This document shows, piece after piece, positions 26,496 through 40,645 of a DNA stretch of 64,000 bases. The stretch lies in assembly GCA_951406725.2 (NCBI GenBank), contig OX597816.1, forward strand, positions 15,066,001-15,130,000, given 5' to 3'. Under the pieces are notes generated by a model that worked only from the letters and a program-made list of their open reading frames with translations, made no database searches and was not told the origin of the DNA. Made by a program: the position numbers and the translations under genes. This DNA comes from Octopus vulgaris (lineage: Eukaryota). Position 1 is the stretch's first letter; every line of letters begins with the position of its first letter.

Positions 26496-26609
26496 AAATT
26501 CTTTAGGTTAATAGATGCACACAGCTAAGTGTGTCCATCAACAGTTCAACTAACACACCAACTCAACCACATATATACAAACACTGAGAACTATCTTAGC
26601 TCAAAAAGT

Positions 26610-27330
26610 ATTGTCGCTTTGTTAGCGACCAGCTTGAATTCTCTCAAAGAGAAATCATACATATATACATTCGTGATGGCTGTCTACTTGCATGATATTG
26701 TTGGCAGGTTGACTTATAACTGATTGTTCCTATGGACGTGAGACCATTATATATACATGTGTATATTATGCCATACCATTGTGAAAGATATCATTCTACT
26801 TTCCAATGAGACATGATATTGTCACCAAGACGGTTTACAACTTTTGGCACCTGTGCCGGTGACAGGTAAAAAATATCATTTGAGCATGGCCGATGCCAGT
26901 GCCATCTGACTGGCACCTGTGCCGGTGGCATGTAAAAAGCACCCACTATACTCTCAGTCTCGTTGCTTTGATAGCGACCAGCTTGAATTCTCTCTCGAAC
27001 TCAAAGAGAAATCACACATATATACATTCATGATGGCTGTCTACTTGCATGACATTGTTGACAGGTTGACATATAACTAATTGTTCCTATGGACATGAGA
27101 CCATCGTGCATACATACATATATTATGCCATACTATTGTGAAAGATATCATTCATGTTATCAGTAGCTGCCTAAAAGTGACTGCATGTTTCTACTTTCCA
27201 ATGAGACATGATATTGTCACCAAGATGGTTTACAACTTTTGGTACCTGTGCCGGTAACAGGTAAATAATACCATTTGAACATTGCCGATGCCAGTGCCAA
27301 ATGACTGGCACCCATGCCAGTGACATGTAT
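26610..27330 (+). repeat. Local tandem duplication of ~330 bp
   Basis: 26610-26930 repeats at 26960-27330 (gcgaccagcttgaattctctc...ctactttccaatgagacatgatattgtcaccaaga plus family C units). Confidence 0.85.
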
Positions 27331-29272
27331 AAAGTACCATTCAAGCATGACTGATGCCAGTGCTGCCTGACTTGCACTAATGCTGGTGGTACATACTAAG
27401 CGCCATTTAAGCGTGGCCAATGCCAGCGCTTCCTGACTGTCACATAAAAAGTGTCATTTGAGCATGCCAGTGGCGTGTAAAAAGTACCATTCAAGTATGA
27501 CTGATGCTAGTGCTGCCTGACTGGCACATAAAAAGCATCATTTGAGCATGGCTGATGCCAGTGCTGTCTGATTGGTACCCAAGCCAGTGGCACATAAAAG
27601 CACCCACTACACTCTCAGAGTGGTTGGTGTCAGGAAGGGCATCAAGCTGTAGAAACCTTACCAAATCAGCTTGGAGCCTGGTGCAGCCTCCCGGCTTACC
27701 AGTTCTCAGTCAAACTATCCAACTCATGCCTGCATGGAAAGCAGATGTTAAATGATGGTGATGATGATGAGGAAGGGTTGTCATAATGACCATACCAGAG
27801 GCACACCAGAACCTAAGACTGTACAGACCTTTAAAAAATGAAGAATACTGGTGAAACATTTCAATTAAAACAGCAACCTGGTGTGAGCACAACAGGCCAA
27901 ATGTCATTGCATAGGACAGGGACCATAAGTTATGTATTGTTGTAGAGATCAGCTGACCAATGAAGGAGAGCATTTATGGAGAACTGATAAGATGCCTACA
28001 GCCCTCATATTCAGGCTGCAGGATTTAACTTATTAATTTTATTTATTCTTAATATCTTATGAACACTCATACTCACTAAAACACACACACAAGTACGTTT
28101 GTCTGTATATTATTTTATTCTTTCATTCTTTCATTTGTGTCAGTCATTTGACTGTGGCCATGCTAGAGCACCACCTTTAATCGAACAAATTGCCCCCAGG
28201 ACTTATTCTTTGTAAGCCTAGTACTTATTCTATCAGTCTCTTTTGCCGAACTGCTAAGTTACAGGGACATAAACACACCAGCATCGGTTGTCAAGCGATG
28301 TTGATAGGACAAACACAGACACACAAACATACACACACACATATATATATACATACATATATGCGATGGGCTTCTTTCAGTTTCCGTCTATCAAATCCAC
28401 TCACAAGGCTTTGGCCGGCTTGAGGCTATAGTAGAAGGCACTTGCCCAAGGTGGGACAGAACCCGGAACCACGTGGTTGGTAAGCAAGCTACTTACTACA
28501 CATCCACATTTTACGATTCTGTTTTGCTGAACTGTTAAGTTATGAAGTCATGCTGGGGAATGACAAGCACAACACACACACACACATAAACACACACACA
28601 CACATAAACACACACACACACATAAACGCACACACACACATAAACACACACACACACATAAACACACACACACACAACAGTTTTTTTCAGTTTCCATCTA
28701 CCAATTCCATTGACAAGGCTTTTGTCTGCTCAATGCTAGAAGCCTCTTACTCAAGGTGCCACACAGTAAGACTGAACCCAGATTCATGAGGTAGGGAAGC
28801 AAGCTTTTTTACAACACAGCCATACCTGTGCCTACATATACTGGAAGTAAGATAAAAATACAAGGACCAATGGTTTCCTGTTGACAATGAAGGATTTAGC
28901 CCACAATTGTTTAACCAGTTGTATTTTGATTGAAACCCTGCTAAAATGGTAGGTGAGAACAGTATGAAAATAGTGTGTGAGTGTAACATAAGAACAATGA
29001 TCTTATTTATGAATGACAAACAGTACCCAAGCATGACCTTTTCATGACCACTTCTGGACTGAAAGTTGTGGACATTTACTTAATGTCATCAACACTGATG
29101 TTCATTTTGAACTTCTAAAAGTCAATGGCTGTCAAGTAAACTTAGGTAAGAAGTGAGTTTCAGAGAGAAGTAGTATTGAGGAGGTGGGGAAGAAGAAGAA
29201 GAAGAAGAAGAAGAAGAAGAAAGTATTAAATGCCTGATCCAAAGGATAAATTGGAGTAGGCACTGAGTGGGA

Positions 29273-29317
<45 letters not shown>

Positions 29318-29454
29318 AGAGAGAAAGCAGGAGTGTAGGTTGAATGGGAGATGATGATAATGATGATATAATGATATATATTTTAATCTTCAGATTTTTT
29401 TAATATTCTAGGCCACTGGTTTTAATTGATTAATATCAATTTCTACCCTTATTC

Positions 29455-29596
<142 letters not shown>

Positions 29597-29683
29597 ATAT
29601 ATATATATATTTATATTTATGTATATATATATATATAATATATATTATGTATGTATATATATATATATATTTGATGTATATTC

Positions 29684-29805
<122 letters not shown>

Positions 29806-29811
29806 ATTATA

Positions 29812-30185
29812 TATGAGTATAATTATAATTAGGGTTCAGCAAAAAATTTGCTTAACCACATACCGAACTTTAGAAATAGCAGCCAAAACTTACCTATTTC
29901 TTCTACTATAAGAAGCAACTCCCAGACAAACAATGGCTGTCAAGTAAGCTTAGGTAAGAAGTGAGTTTCAGAGAGAAGTAGTGTTGAGGTCACTTCTTAT
30001 AGTAGAAGAAATAGCTAATTTTTTGCTGCTATTTCTAAAGTTCGGTATGTGGTTAAGCAAAATTTTGCTGAACCTTAATTATAATTATACTCATAATTAT
30101 AAAAAAACATTGTTTTAACATGCCGAATACTACTTGGGGAAATCATTAATTACTAATTAATCAATTTTACCCGTCATTATTATTG
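29812..30185 (+). mobile_element. Short element with ~103-bp terminal inverted duplication and 3' tail, at (TA)n
   Basis: 29812-29915 is the reverse complement of 29993-30095; tail resembles those at 29400-29460 and 61430-61500. Confidence 0.75.
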
Positions 30186-30480
30186 ATTTGCATAGCATCT
30201 TGGGCAAGTGTCTTCTGCTATAGCCCCGGGCTGACCAATGCCTTGTCCCCTGTCTCTCACTTCTTCTATGTATATTCTTTTATTTTTTTACTTGTTTCAA
30301 TCATTTCACTGAGACCATGCTGGAACACCACCTTTAGTCAAGCAAATCGACCCCAGGACTTACTCTTTGTAAGCCTAGTACTTATTCTATCGGTCTCGTA
30401 TGCTGAACCGCTAAGTAACAGGGATGTACACAGACCAGTATTGGTTGTCAAGCTATGTTGTGGGAAAAAACACAGACACA

Positions 30481-30511
<31 letters not shown>

Positions 30512-30727
30512 GCGTGCACACACATATGTATATACATATATACGACGGGCTTCTTTCAGTTTCTGTCTACCAAATCCACTCACAAGGCTTTGGTTGGCCC
30601 AAGGATATAGTGGAAGACACTTGCTCAAGGTGTCAAGCAGTGGAACTGAACCCGGAACCATGTGGCTGGTAAGCAAGCTACCTACCACACAGCCACTCCT
30701 GTGCCTATTATATAACATATTAATATA

Positions 30728-31170
30728 CAGGGATACCTTAGAGTACGAGTTTAATTCATTCCACGACTGAGCATGTCTTACAATTTACTCGTTTTACAAA
30801 TCAATTTTCCACATTGAAATGAACTAAAATATAATTAATCCATTCAAACCCTGCAAAACCACTCAAAAAAAATTTTTTATGGGTTTGAAAATTGAAAAGG
30901 TGTTGTTAGAAGTAAAATGACAATTATAAAAATGAGAATGCATAAGAAATATGTCAACTGGTTTTATTAACTGAATTACCTTAAAGATGGGCTGATTTAT
31001 GTGCTCATACTGCATGTCATTTCCAAATTTCTGGCAGAGTGAATGGCGTCATCGTGCCATTTTTCTCACAGATGGTGCCCATCTGACTCTACTATATTGT
31101 ATAGTTGACAAAATCAAAACAAACAATGCAAATACATGAAATTAAAAATAGAAAATGGCGTCAATTTACC
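30728..31170. mobile_element. Tigger/pogo-like DNA transposon end
   Basis: TA|cagggataccttagagtacgagtttaattcattccacgac...aatcaattttccacattgaaatgaa, a recalled Tigger-type terminus; right end not identified. Confidence 0.5.
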
Positions 31171-31640
31171 CACCACAAACTGTATGTATGTATAGAGGGA
31201 GAGAGAGAGAGATAGAGATAGAGAGAGAGAGAGAGAGATAATAATAATAATAATAATAATATCATCATCATCACTGTTTATCATCCGCCTTCCATGCTAA
31301 CATGGATTGGACGATTTGACTGAGGTCTGGCGAACCAGATGGCTGCACCAGGCTCCAGTCTTGATCTGGCAGAGTTTCTACAGCTGGATGCCCTTCCTAA
31401 CACCAACCACTCCGAGAGTGTAGTGGGTGCTTTTTATGTGCCACCAGCATGAGGGCCAGTCAGGCGGTACTGGCAATGGCCACTCTCAAATGGTGCTTTT
31501 TATGTGCCACCTGCACAGGAGCCTGTCCAGCAGCACTGGCAACAATCTCGCTCATATGTATACACATGTGTGTATATCTATCTGTCTATCTATCTATTTA
31601 TTTATGTGCATGTGTATAAATATATATATATACACACACA

Positions 31641-31811
31641 GGTGTAGGAGTGGCTGTGTGGTAAGTAGCTTGCTTACCAACCACATGGTTCTGGGTTCAG
31701 TCTCACTGTGTGGAACCTTGGGCAAGTGTCTTTTACTATAGTCTCGGGTCAACCAAAGCCTTGTGAGTGGATTTGGTAGACGGAAACTGAAAGAAGCCCA
31801 TCGTATAAATG

Positions 31812-31848
<37 letters not shown>

Positions 31849-32455
31849 GTTTGTGTGTCTGTGTTTGTCCCCCCAACATCACCTGACAACCGATGCTGGT
31901 GTGTTTACATCCCCTGTAACTTAGCGGTTCGGCAAAAGAGACCGATAGAATAAGTACTAGGCTTACAAAAAATAAGTCCTGGGGTCAATTCACTCAACTA
32001 AATGTGGTGCTCCAGCATGGCCACAGTCAAATGAATGAAACAAGTAAAAGAGTATATATATATATATATATATATGTATTCTCTTTACTCTTTACTCTCT
32101 TTTACTTGTTTCAGTCATTTGACTGCGGCCATGCTGGAGCACCACCTTTTAGTACTTATTCTAACGGTCTCTTTTTGCCGAACCGCTAAGTGACGGGGAC
32201 CTAAACACACCAGCATCGGTTGTCAAGCAATGCTAGGGGGACAAACACAGACACACAAACACACACACATATACATATATATACATATATACGACAGGCT
32301 TCTTTCAGTTTCCGTCTACCAAATCCACTCACAAGGCATTGGTTAGCCCGGGGCTATAGCAGAAGACACTTGCCCAAGATGCCACGCAGTGGGACTGAAC
32401 CCGGAACCATGTGGTTGGTTAGCAAGCTACTTACCACACAGCCACTCCTGCGCCT
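31641..32455. mobile_element. Two SINE A copies tail-to-tail (31641-32052 +, 32080-32455 -)
   Basis: Direct comparison with the family sequence. Confidence 0.9.
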
Positions 32456-33046
32456 ATATATATATATGTATTTATATATAAAGTGTAGGCTACATTCTGT
32501 TAATGGCTAGTCAACTTTGCTTCATTAAGATTTTAAAAGATCGAGAGATGTTCAGAATTATCACCATCGTTGTCAAAGTTTAAACACATTCCTTGCACAT
32601 CTCCATTTAATTTTTACTTAATTGCAATTAACGAAATTCTGCCCTTTACCTTTTTTGAGATCAGTTCTTGTTAATGCTGAATTTTCTTCTCATTATTTTT
32701 ATAATGAAAAATAATTATAAATTATTTTTGGCCCACCACCTTAAGTATGAAAGCTTTCATTTATCTAAATGTTCTTCATGCCCAAGGCCATCATTGGAAT
32801 GTTTCTAGTGTGTGTGTGTGTGTGTGTGTATACATTTATTTTTATATATATATTATATGTATATAGATGTATGTGTGTGTGTGTATATATATTTATATAT
32901 GTATATATATACACACACATATATATATATACATACAAAAATACATACATATATATATATTTATATATTATGTATAAATACATTAATACATTATGTATCA
33001 ATGTGACATGCTGTACTGCTTGGCATATATATGTATATGTATGTAA

Positions 33047-33110
<64 letters not shown>

Positions 33111-34334
33111 ACATGCACACACACAGATATATATATATACACACACATACACACGCACACACACACATATATATATATATATATACGCATATACGCACAT
33201 GCATAGATGTATGCTAGCATAACTAACTGAACTGGCATGCTCTCCAAACAAGATTAACAGAATAAACATATACGTATATATATATATATCCTTGTAGAAT
33301 TTGTATATGTGTGTGTGTATGTGTGTGTGTGTATGTAGAACATATTTATCCTGGACACATTCGTTTTCCAAGAAACCTGTCTTGGCACATTACTAATACA
33401 TAACAGTTGTTTTAAAGAGCTGATATCCTTTGGGTATATCTGACTTACTTTATATAAGTGTTACACACACACACGCACACACATCTATATATATTTATAT
33501 ACATATGCTTGTATATATGTATGCATATATACACATATATATTATTTTACACACACACACACACTCATATATCTTTGTGGAACTTTTATAAATGATCTTC
33601 ATCTTGATAGTTAAAGCTGAACTGAGAACATATGGATGAAATCTTATAATACAAATCAGGTAAGAGTTCCACCCTAATTAAATCTTACCTTTATCACTTT
33701 TAGTTAATCATCATCATCATCATCATCCATCATCATCACTTAGAAACTAACTGCCCACTAGCATAGAAACAATGACAACAACAACAACAACAAGACCACA
33801 AAAAACAACAATAACCAGAAGAAAACCAAAATCTTCGCAAATAACCAGCACTGCTACCCACACTGCCATATGCACAACTAATTAAACAGCTCTACAAACA
33901 AATGAAGGAACATCAGCAACCAACAAGCCAGCCAAACCAAACAACACCGCCACCAGCGCCACCAAGAACAGAACCAACACCATCATCGCCACCAGTAACA
34001 ACAGCTGTTCAAGAATTTAGACCTGGAGATCTCCATTTCCAGCGACTTCGAGGGCCACCACTCAGTGGTGTCAAGTGTCAACGAAGAGCCCTCAACTACA
34101 AGAAGATGACCAAAAGTCTTTTTTTTCTAAGGTCTGGAGTCTCCAGACCCTAAGCCCTGGACCATCACCTAATCACCCTTACTCGTCTTGTTGCTTAACA
34201 ACAACAACAACAACAACAACTAACAACAACAACCAACAACAACAACTCCAAAGGAAGCAGAGGAAACCAAAAAGACTCATACCCATAACCAGCGCATTTA
34301 AGAATACCCTTCAATCACTGGACAATAAACAACA

Positions 34335-34806
34335 TTTGTGAAGACCTGTTAAGGCAAGTGAAATCGTTGTCATGGCCAACGACAGTACCGCCTGACTGGC
34401 TCCCATGCCAGTGGCATGTAAAAAGTACCTTTCAAGTGTGATCCTTGACAGCATCGCCTGATGGGCTCCTGTGCCGGTGGTGTGTAAAAAACACTATTTG
34501 AACGTGGTCGTTGCCAGTGCTGCCAGACTGGCTCCTGTCCAGGTGGCACATAAAATATACCATTTGAGTGTGACCGTTGCCAGTACTGCTTGACTAGCCT
34601 TTGTGCTGGTAGCACTTAAAAGTACCCACTACACTCTCAGGGTGGTTGGCGTTAAGAAGGGCATCCAGCTGTAGAAACTTTGCCAGATCAGATTGGAGCC
34701 TGGTGCAGCCTTCTGGTGCAGCATTCTGGCTTGCCAGCCCTCAGTCAAACCATCCAACCCATGTCAGCATGGAAAACAGATGTTAAATGATGATGATGAT
34801 GATGAT
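34335..34806 (+). mobile_element. Retroposon family C
   Basis: About four internal units, (ATG)n tail. Confidence 0.85.
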
Positions 34807-34809
34807 ACA

Positions 34810-35380
34810 CTCAACAGATTAGGTTGTTGGAAAAGAAGAAATCCTAACATCGGGTTACAACAATTAACCTTAGATGCCAAGAACCCTCCTCAGTATCCTA
34901 GCTGTCCCTAATAACACTGTTTTCAGCAGTAGTACTAAACTGGGTTTTATGCCTATTTCCTCCACCGATCAGTTCAAATCTTTAGGGATGGTTCCTAATG
35001 CACCTATAACTACTGGGATACGTTTTATCCACACTTTCCACAGTCTTTGTAATTCAATGGCTAGATTCTGGTACTTTGCTGTTGTTTCTATACCTCTCAC
35101 ATTGATTTTTCATCATTTGGGACTGTAAAGTCAATTATCTGGCACTTTCTATTCTATACTACTACTAATACTAAATTAGGTCTTCTAGCTTCTATTACTC
35201 TGTCAGTCTGAATGTCAAAGTCCCACAACATCTTATATTTCTTACTTTCTAGTACTTTACTAGGTTCATGTTCATACCATTTATCAGTATGTTCAAATCC
35301 TAACTTTCTACATAACTCCCAGTGGATTACTCTCCCTAGGTTGTTATGTCTTTTCTTGTATTCTTTCTGTGCCAGCACAC
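34810..35380 (-). pseudogene. 5'-truncated R4/Dong-like RLE retrotransposon
   Basis: ORF 35154-35378(-): LAQKEYKKRHNNLGRVIHWELCRKLGF..TDKWYEHEP..VLE...KMLWDFDIQTDRVIEARRPNLV; continues to IPVVIGALGTIP...LLGTARILRRVLGI*; 5' junction at (TAA)n. Confidence 0.9.
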
Positions 35381-35448
<68 letters not shown>

Positions 35449-35481
35449 TAGTTTTATTTCTATAGCATGCTTTCACTTCAC

Positions 35482-35530
<49 letters not shown>

Positions 35531-35533
<3 letters not shown>

Positions 35534-36087
35534 GCCCTGATGCAGTACCTAGCAGTGGCTCTCATGGCTTCTGATCTTAACTGATTGGAAGTGTTATCAT
35601 GTACATTGTTTTGTCTTGGTATAAAAGATGGGCTACAGCAAATATTCTGCTCAATACCAAAGATTTGCTTGTCAGTTGTTTGACCTTAACCAGTTGAGCA
35701 TGTCCCTTAGTGGCTGACAATATGTGCATCTCTGATCACGAGCAGAAGTAGTGGGGGAGCATCATAGCCATGTGTTGAGAGGGATTCTTTGGGGTTTGAA
35801 TAATTCACCTCTGGAAATATGGGTGGTTCTTTCAACATCCTTAAACAACCCTTATTCATGGACCTTTTGAGCGGGATGGGCTACTCAACCTGAAGAAAAT
35901 TCTAACTGGGCCCCACCTGCAAGGTCATGCGCTGTTTATCTTGATATGAGATCACCATGTCATGCACATATGGTTGTGATGCATGTGCCTGGTGTACCCT
36001 TATCAGACGGGTAGTCATGATGGGTATATTGGGCTTCGTATATTTTACCCCAGTGTCACTTTGATGGCATGAACTGCTCTCTCACTC
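35531..36087 (+). mobile_element. ~560-bp (TAA)n-embedded element, apparently complete
   Basis: aaatgccctgatgcagtacc...ctctctcactc with (AAT)n on both sides; homologous to 3826-4415. Confidence 0.8.
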
Positions 36088-36126
<39 letters not shown>

Positions 36127-36181
36127 GACAACATCGAAAGATACCTTAGGAATGAGAACCCAGGTTCGAAATTTCCCAAAG

Positions 36182-36223
36182 ACACGTGATGAAGGCTGGA
36201 GAGTATATCAGCCGAAACATGTT
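36182..36223 (+). ncRNA. Degenerate minimal hammerhead motif
   Basis: acac-GTGATGA-a-GGCTGG agagtata TCAGCC-GAAAC-atgtt; C3 changed and cleavage region damaged. Confidence 0.5.
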
Positions 36224-37720
36224 AACAACAAAGATGAGGACAAATATCCATCAAATGTAAATAATGTAAATAATGTAAATATCTCTAAATCTGCTGGAAA
36301 ATAGTTTCTTGCACAACAAAATCATAACTCAAATAATTATATTTATAAATCTTGTCAACTCTATTTTAACATGGGCTTATCAGTTCTGTTCCATCTCTAT
36401 TAATATCGAAACTGAATTTATGATATTAAGATATTTAGTTGGCCTTGTTCCATTCTCTACGATTGTAATGCATGAATTCATTTTTATAGGTCAACTTGGA
36501 TAACTTCAGCATCCCTTGATGTGAGGTCAAGCGATTAATATCACTTCATCCTTTATTACATGTTTCATTTTAATCAGATTTCTCTCCGAGTGATTTCTGG
36601 TTTTGTATTTTCTTTGAGCTGTTCTATTTGTTATAATGTCAATGAACTGGAAGAAGAATTAAGGAAACGTGACTGGAAGACGAATCAAAGAAACACTTCG
36701 GAATGGTTTGAAAAAACAGTTGACTTAGTGGACCCACCATTATCAAACTGAAATCTCAAAATAATTAATTGCTTTGCATATTAAATGTTGCACATGGAAC
36801 CAGTATCCTGATTCTTCGAATGTTTACAGTGATTGCCAAATGCCATACATCACATACGTATGTATACATACATATGTACACACATATGCATGCGTATATA
36901 CATACATACATACATACATACATACATGCATACATACATACATACATGCATACATACATGCATACATACATACATACATACATACATACATACATGCATA
37001 CATACATATGTACACACACACATATGCACACTCACATATGCATGCATACATACATAGATACATGCATATATACATACATAGATACATGCATACATACATA
37101 TGCATGCATACATATATATATATACATATACGTGCATACATATATACATACACACACATGCATACATACATACATACATACATACACATACATGCACACA
37201 TGCATGCCTGTATACATACATACATAAACATGCATACCCGCACATATAAACATCCATCCATTCATACATATGCATGCATACAAACATGTGTGCATACATA
37301 TATACATACACACACACACACATATACATGCATACATACACACATGCATGCATGCCTGTATACATACATAAACATACATAACCACACATACAAATATCCC
37401 TCCATCCATCCATCCATCCATCCTTACATACATATATACATACATACATACATATACATACATATTCACATACATACATATATACATGCCTAAAGCAAAA
37501 CACACAGACCCGCGCATGCACTGACTCCAAATACTTGCACATGTACACACATGAATGCACAACTACCCTGCTGATGCTGTTGAAATACCAATGAAGGAAA
37601 CTTGGATCTAGGTTAGAAACTGACATTTTCTCTATTACTAAGGAATCTTGAAATAAAACTAAATAGCATACACACATAGATACATGCATACATACATATA
37701 TACATACATACATACACATA

Positions 37721-37935
37721 CGAGGGTGTTCTGAAAAGTTGTGGCCTTAAGTGTATCACAAATGGCCTGGCTGGAGGCCCAACCTTCCGAGTTCTTGTAC
37801 AAGGCTTAGAAAAATTGAAGCACAGTTGCAATAAGTGTGTGTATCTGAGTGGGGAATATGTTGAATAAAATCATTATTAACTGATCCCCCTGGATTTTCT
37901 TTTACCCAAACTCAGGAACTTTTTAACACCTGTCG
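37721..37935 (+). mobile_element. Mariner-derived MITE
   Basis: TA|cgagggtgttctgaaaagtt...aactttttaacacctgtcg|TA; remnant NKCVYLSGEYVE*. Confidence 0.75.
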
Positions 37936-38004
37936 TATTAATTGAAAGTAGGGACACCATATTTCGTTGTGTAACTATAATATGCAACCCAGTATATATA
38001 TACT

Positions 38005-38043
<39 letters not shown>

Positions 38044-38070
38044 ACAAACACACACACACACACACACACA

Positions 38071-38285
38071 TGAGGGAGTGCTGAAAAGTTCCTGGTTTTA
38101 AGGGTCTCATGAAAGGCCTGGTTGGAGGCCTAACCTTCTGAGTTCTTTTACAGGACTCAGAAAAACTGAAGGACTGCAGCAATAAGTGTGTGAATCTGAG
38201 AGGGGAATACATTGGATAAAATCATAAACTGATCCTCCTGTATTTTCTTTTATCCAAATCCAGGAACTTTACAGCAACTTCTCCT
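38071..38285 (+). mobile_element. Mariner-derived MITE
   Basis: Same family; remnant NKCVNLRGEYIG*. Confidence 0.75.
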
Positions 38286-38721
38286 ATGTGTGGGACTTTT
38301 CTTTATTAAAAGCAACGAACCCAACAAAATATATGTTGTTTTGTTCTGACAGTCTCTCACGATGAAACAACTTGCCATTTGTTTGGGGTCACTGTTTTTA
38401 AAAAAGCATATTGATGTTCTGTCCAGACACTTTGAGCTCATCTTTATGTTGTAGAAAAATAGAATGCTCAGTACATAATCAGAAGCCAAAAAGAATGCAC
38501 AAAATAGTAACTAGGATAGTAACATAGTAACAAAATAGTAACGTAAGTGTAGGAGTGGCTGTGTGGTAAGTAGCTTGCTTGTGAACCACATGGTTCGGGG
38601 TTCAGTCCCACTGCATGGCATCTTGGGCAAGTGTCTTCTACTATAGCCTCGGGCTGACCAAAGCCTTGTGAGTGGATTTTTTAGATGGAAATTGAAAAGA
38701 AGCCCATCATATATATGTATA

Positions 38722-39055
38722 AGGCGCATGGCTCAGTGGTTAGAGCGTCGAGCTGACGATCGTGAGGTTGTGAGCTCGAATCCCGGACCGGGCTGCGTGT
38801 TGTGTTCTTGAGCAAGGCACTTTATTTCACGTTGCTCCAGTTCACTCAACTGTAGAAATGAGTTGCGACGTCACAGGTGCCAAGCTGTATCGGCCTTTGT
38901 CTTTCCCTTGGATAACACTGGTGGCGTGGAGAGGGGAGGCTGGTATGCATGGGTGACTGCTGGTCTTCCATAAACAACCTTGCCCAGACTTGTGTCTAGG
39001 AGGGTAACTTTCTAGGTGCAATCCCATGGTCGCTCATGACCGAAGGGGGTCTTTA
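38722..39055 (+). mobile_element. SINE family D nested in a SINE A (38549-39305)
   Basis: ggcgcatggctcagtggttagagcg...gagctcgaatcccg tRNA-like head, then a CORE-like gtgttcttgagcaaggcacttta segment. Confidence 0.8.
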
Positions 39056-39451
39056 TATTATATTATTTATGTATGTGTATGTGTTTGTATGTCTGTGTTT
39101 GTCCCCCACCCCCCAGCCTCGTTTGGCAACTGATACTGGTGTGCTAATGTCCCTGTAACTTAGCAGTTTGACAAAAGAGACCGATAGAGTAAATACTAGG
39201 CTTACAAAGAATAAGTCCTGGGGTCAATTTGCTCGACTAAAGGCGGTACTCCAGCATGGCCACAGTCACATGACTGAAACAAGTAAAAGAGTAAAAGAGT
39301 AAAAAAGTATATATATTACTATGTCTGGAATAGTCTCTGTAAGAAATTTCGCCATATACAAAAATTTGCCACAGGACAAATTTGCCATATGGATAATGAT
39401 AAAGTGTTTTATATCAGCATTTCTTAAAATTAAATAAAAATAATAATAATA

Positions 39452-40645
39452 ATAAGAGTACTCAGAGAGCACAAATCTCCTCCAAGGCAATACCAACATC
39501 CTCTCAATAGTTAGCCTGAGATTATTTTTAAAATGAGAATATCTGAAATAAACTCACCCGCTCTCACAAATGAAAATATTAAAAGTGAACCCGACCTCTC
39601 TCAAAAATTTAGTAAAAAACAGGTAAAATAATTCCGAGTCCTTTTCCGGTATCGGGATTATTTTACTTGTTTACCAAAATCTAATTTTACCTGTTTACCA
39701 AAATCCAATTTTACCAACCAAAATCTAATTTTACCTGTTTACCAAAATCCAATTTTACCTGTTTACCAAAATCTAATTTTACCAAAATCTAATTTTACCT
39801 GTTTAACAAAATCCAATTTTACCTGTTTACCAAAATCTAATTTTACCAAAATCTAATTTTACCTGTTTACCAAAATCTAATTTTACCTGTTTACCAAAAT
39901 TTAATTTTACCAAAATCTAATTTTACCTGTTTACCAAAATCCAATTTTACCTGTTTACCAAAATTTAATTTTACCAAAATCTAATTTTACCTGTTTACCA
40001 AAATCCAATTTTACCTGTTTACCAAAATCTAATTTTACCAAAATCTTATTTTACCTGTTTAACAAAATCCAATTTTACCTGTTTACCAAAATTTAATTTT
40101 ACCAAAATCTAATTTTATCTGTTTACCAAAATCCAATTTTACCTGTTTACCAAAATTTAATTTTACCAAAATCTAATTTTACCTGTTTACCAAAATCTAA
40201 TTTTACCTGTTTACCAAAATTTAATTTTACCAAAATCTAATTTTACCTGTTTACCAAAATCCAATTTTACCTATTTACCAAAATCTAATTTTACCTGTTT
40301 ACCAAAATCCAATTTTACCTGTTTACCAAAATCTAATTTTACCAAAATCTAATTTTACCTGTTTAACAAAATCCAATTTTACCTGTTTACCAAAATCTAA
40401 TTTTACCAAAATCTAATTTTACCTGTTTAACAAAATCCAATTTTACCTGTTTACCAAAATCTAATTTTACCAAAATCTAATTTTACCTTTTTACCAAAAT
40501 CCAATTTTACCTGTTCACCAAAATCTAATGAGTTCATACCAGTCACAAGGCCAAACATCCCCGAAAGTTTCACCCGAATCCATACAGTGGTTCTTGAGGT
40601 ATCTTGTCCACGGACGAACAAATAAACAAACATGACTGAAAACAG
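39452..40645. mobile_element. Helentron/HINE-like non-autonomous element carrying a satellite
   Basis: Ends aagagtactcagagagcacaaatctcctccaaggc and aaagtttcacccgaatcc...ttgaggtatcttg...aaacaaac...gaaaac resemble recalled HINE/DINE-1-like termini. Confidence 0.55.
39661..40528. repeat. Satellite of 24-bp (ttttacctgtttaccaaaatcyaa) and 16-bp (ttttaccaaaatctaa) units, mostly a 64-bp higher-order repeat
   Basis: The same register recurs at 39781 and 39845. Confidence 0.95.

Noticed and set aside
33740-34330. Pro/Thr/Gln-rich ORFs (33902, 34075)
   Set aside because: Low-complexity (CAA)n-rich sequence with no recognisable domain
38722-38795. Functional tRNA gene
   Set aside because: Cloverleaf stems are imperfect and it runs into a SINE body
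39661-40528. Possible CRISPR or iteron array
   Set aside because: Contiguous tandem satellite with no unique spacers
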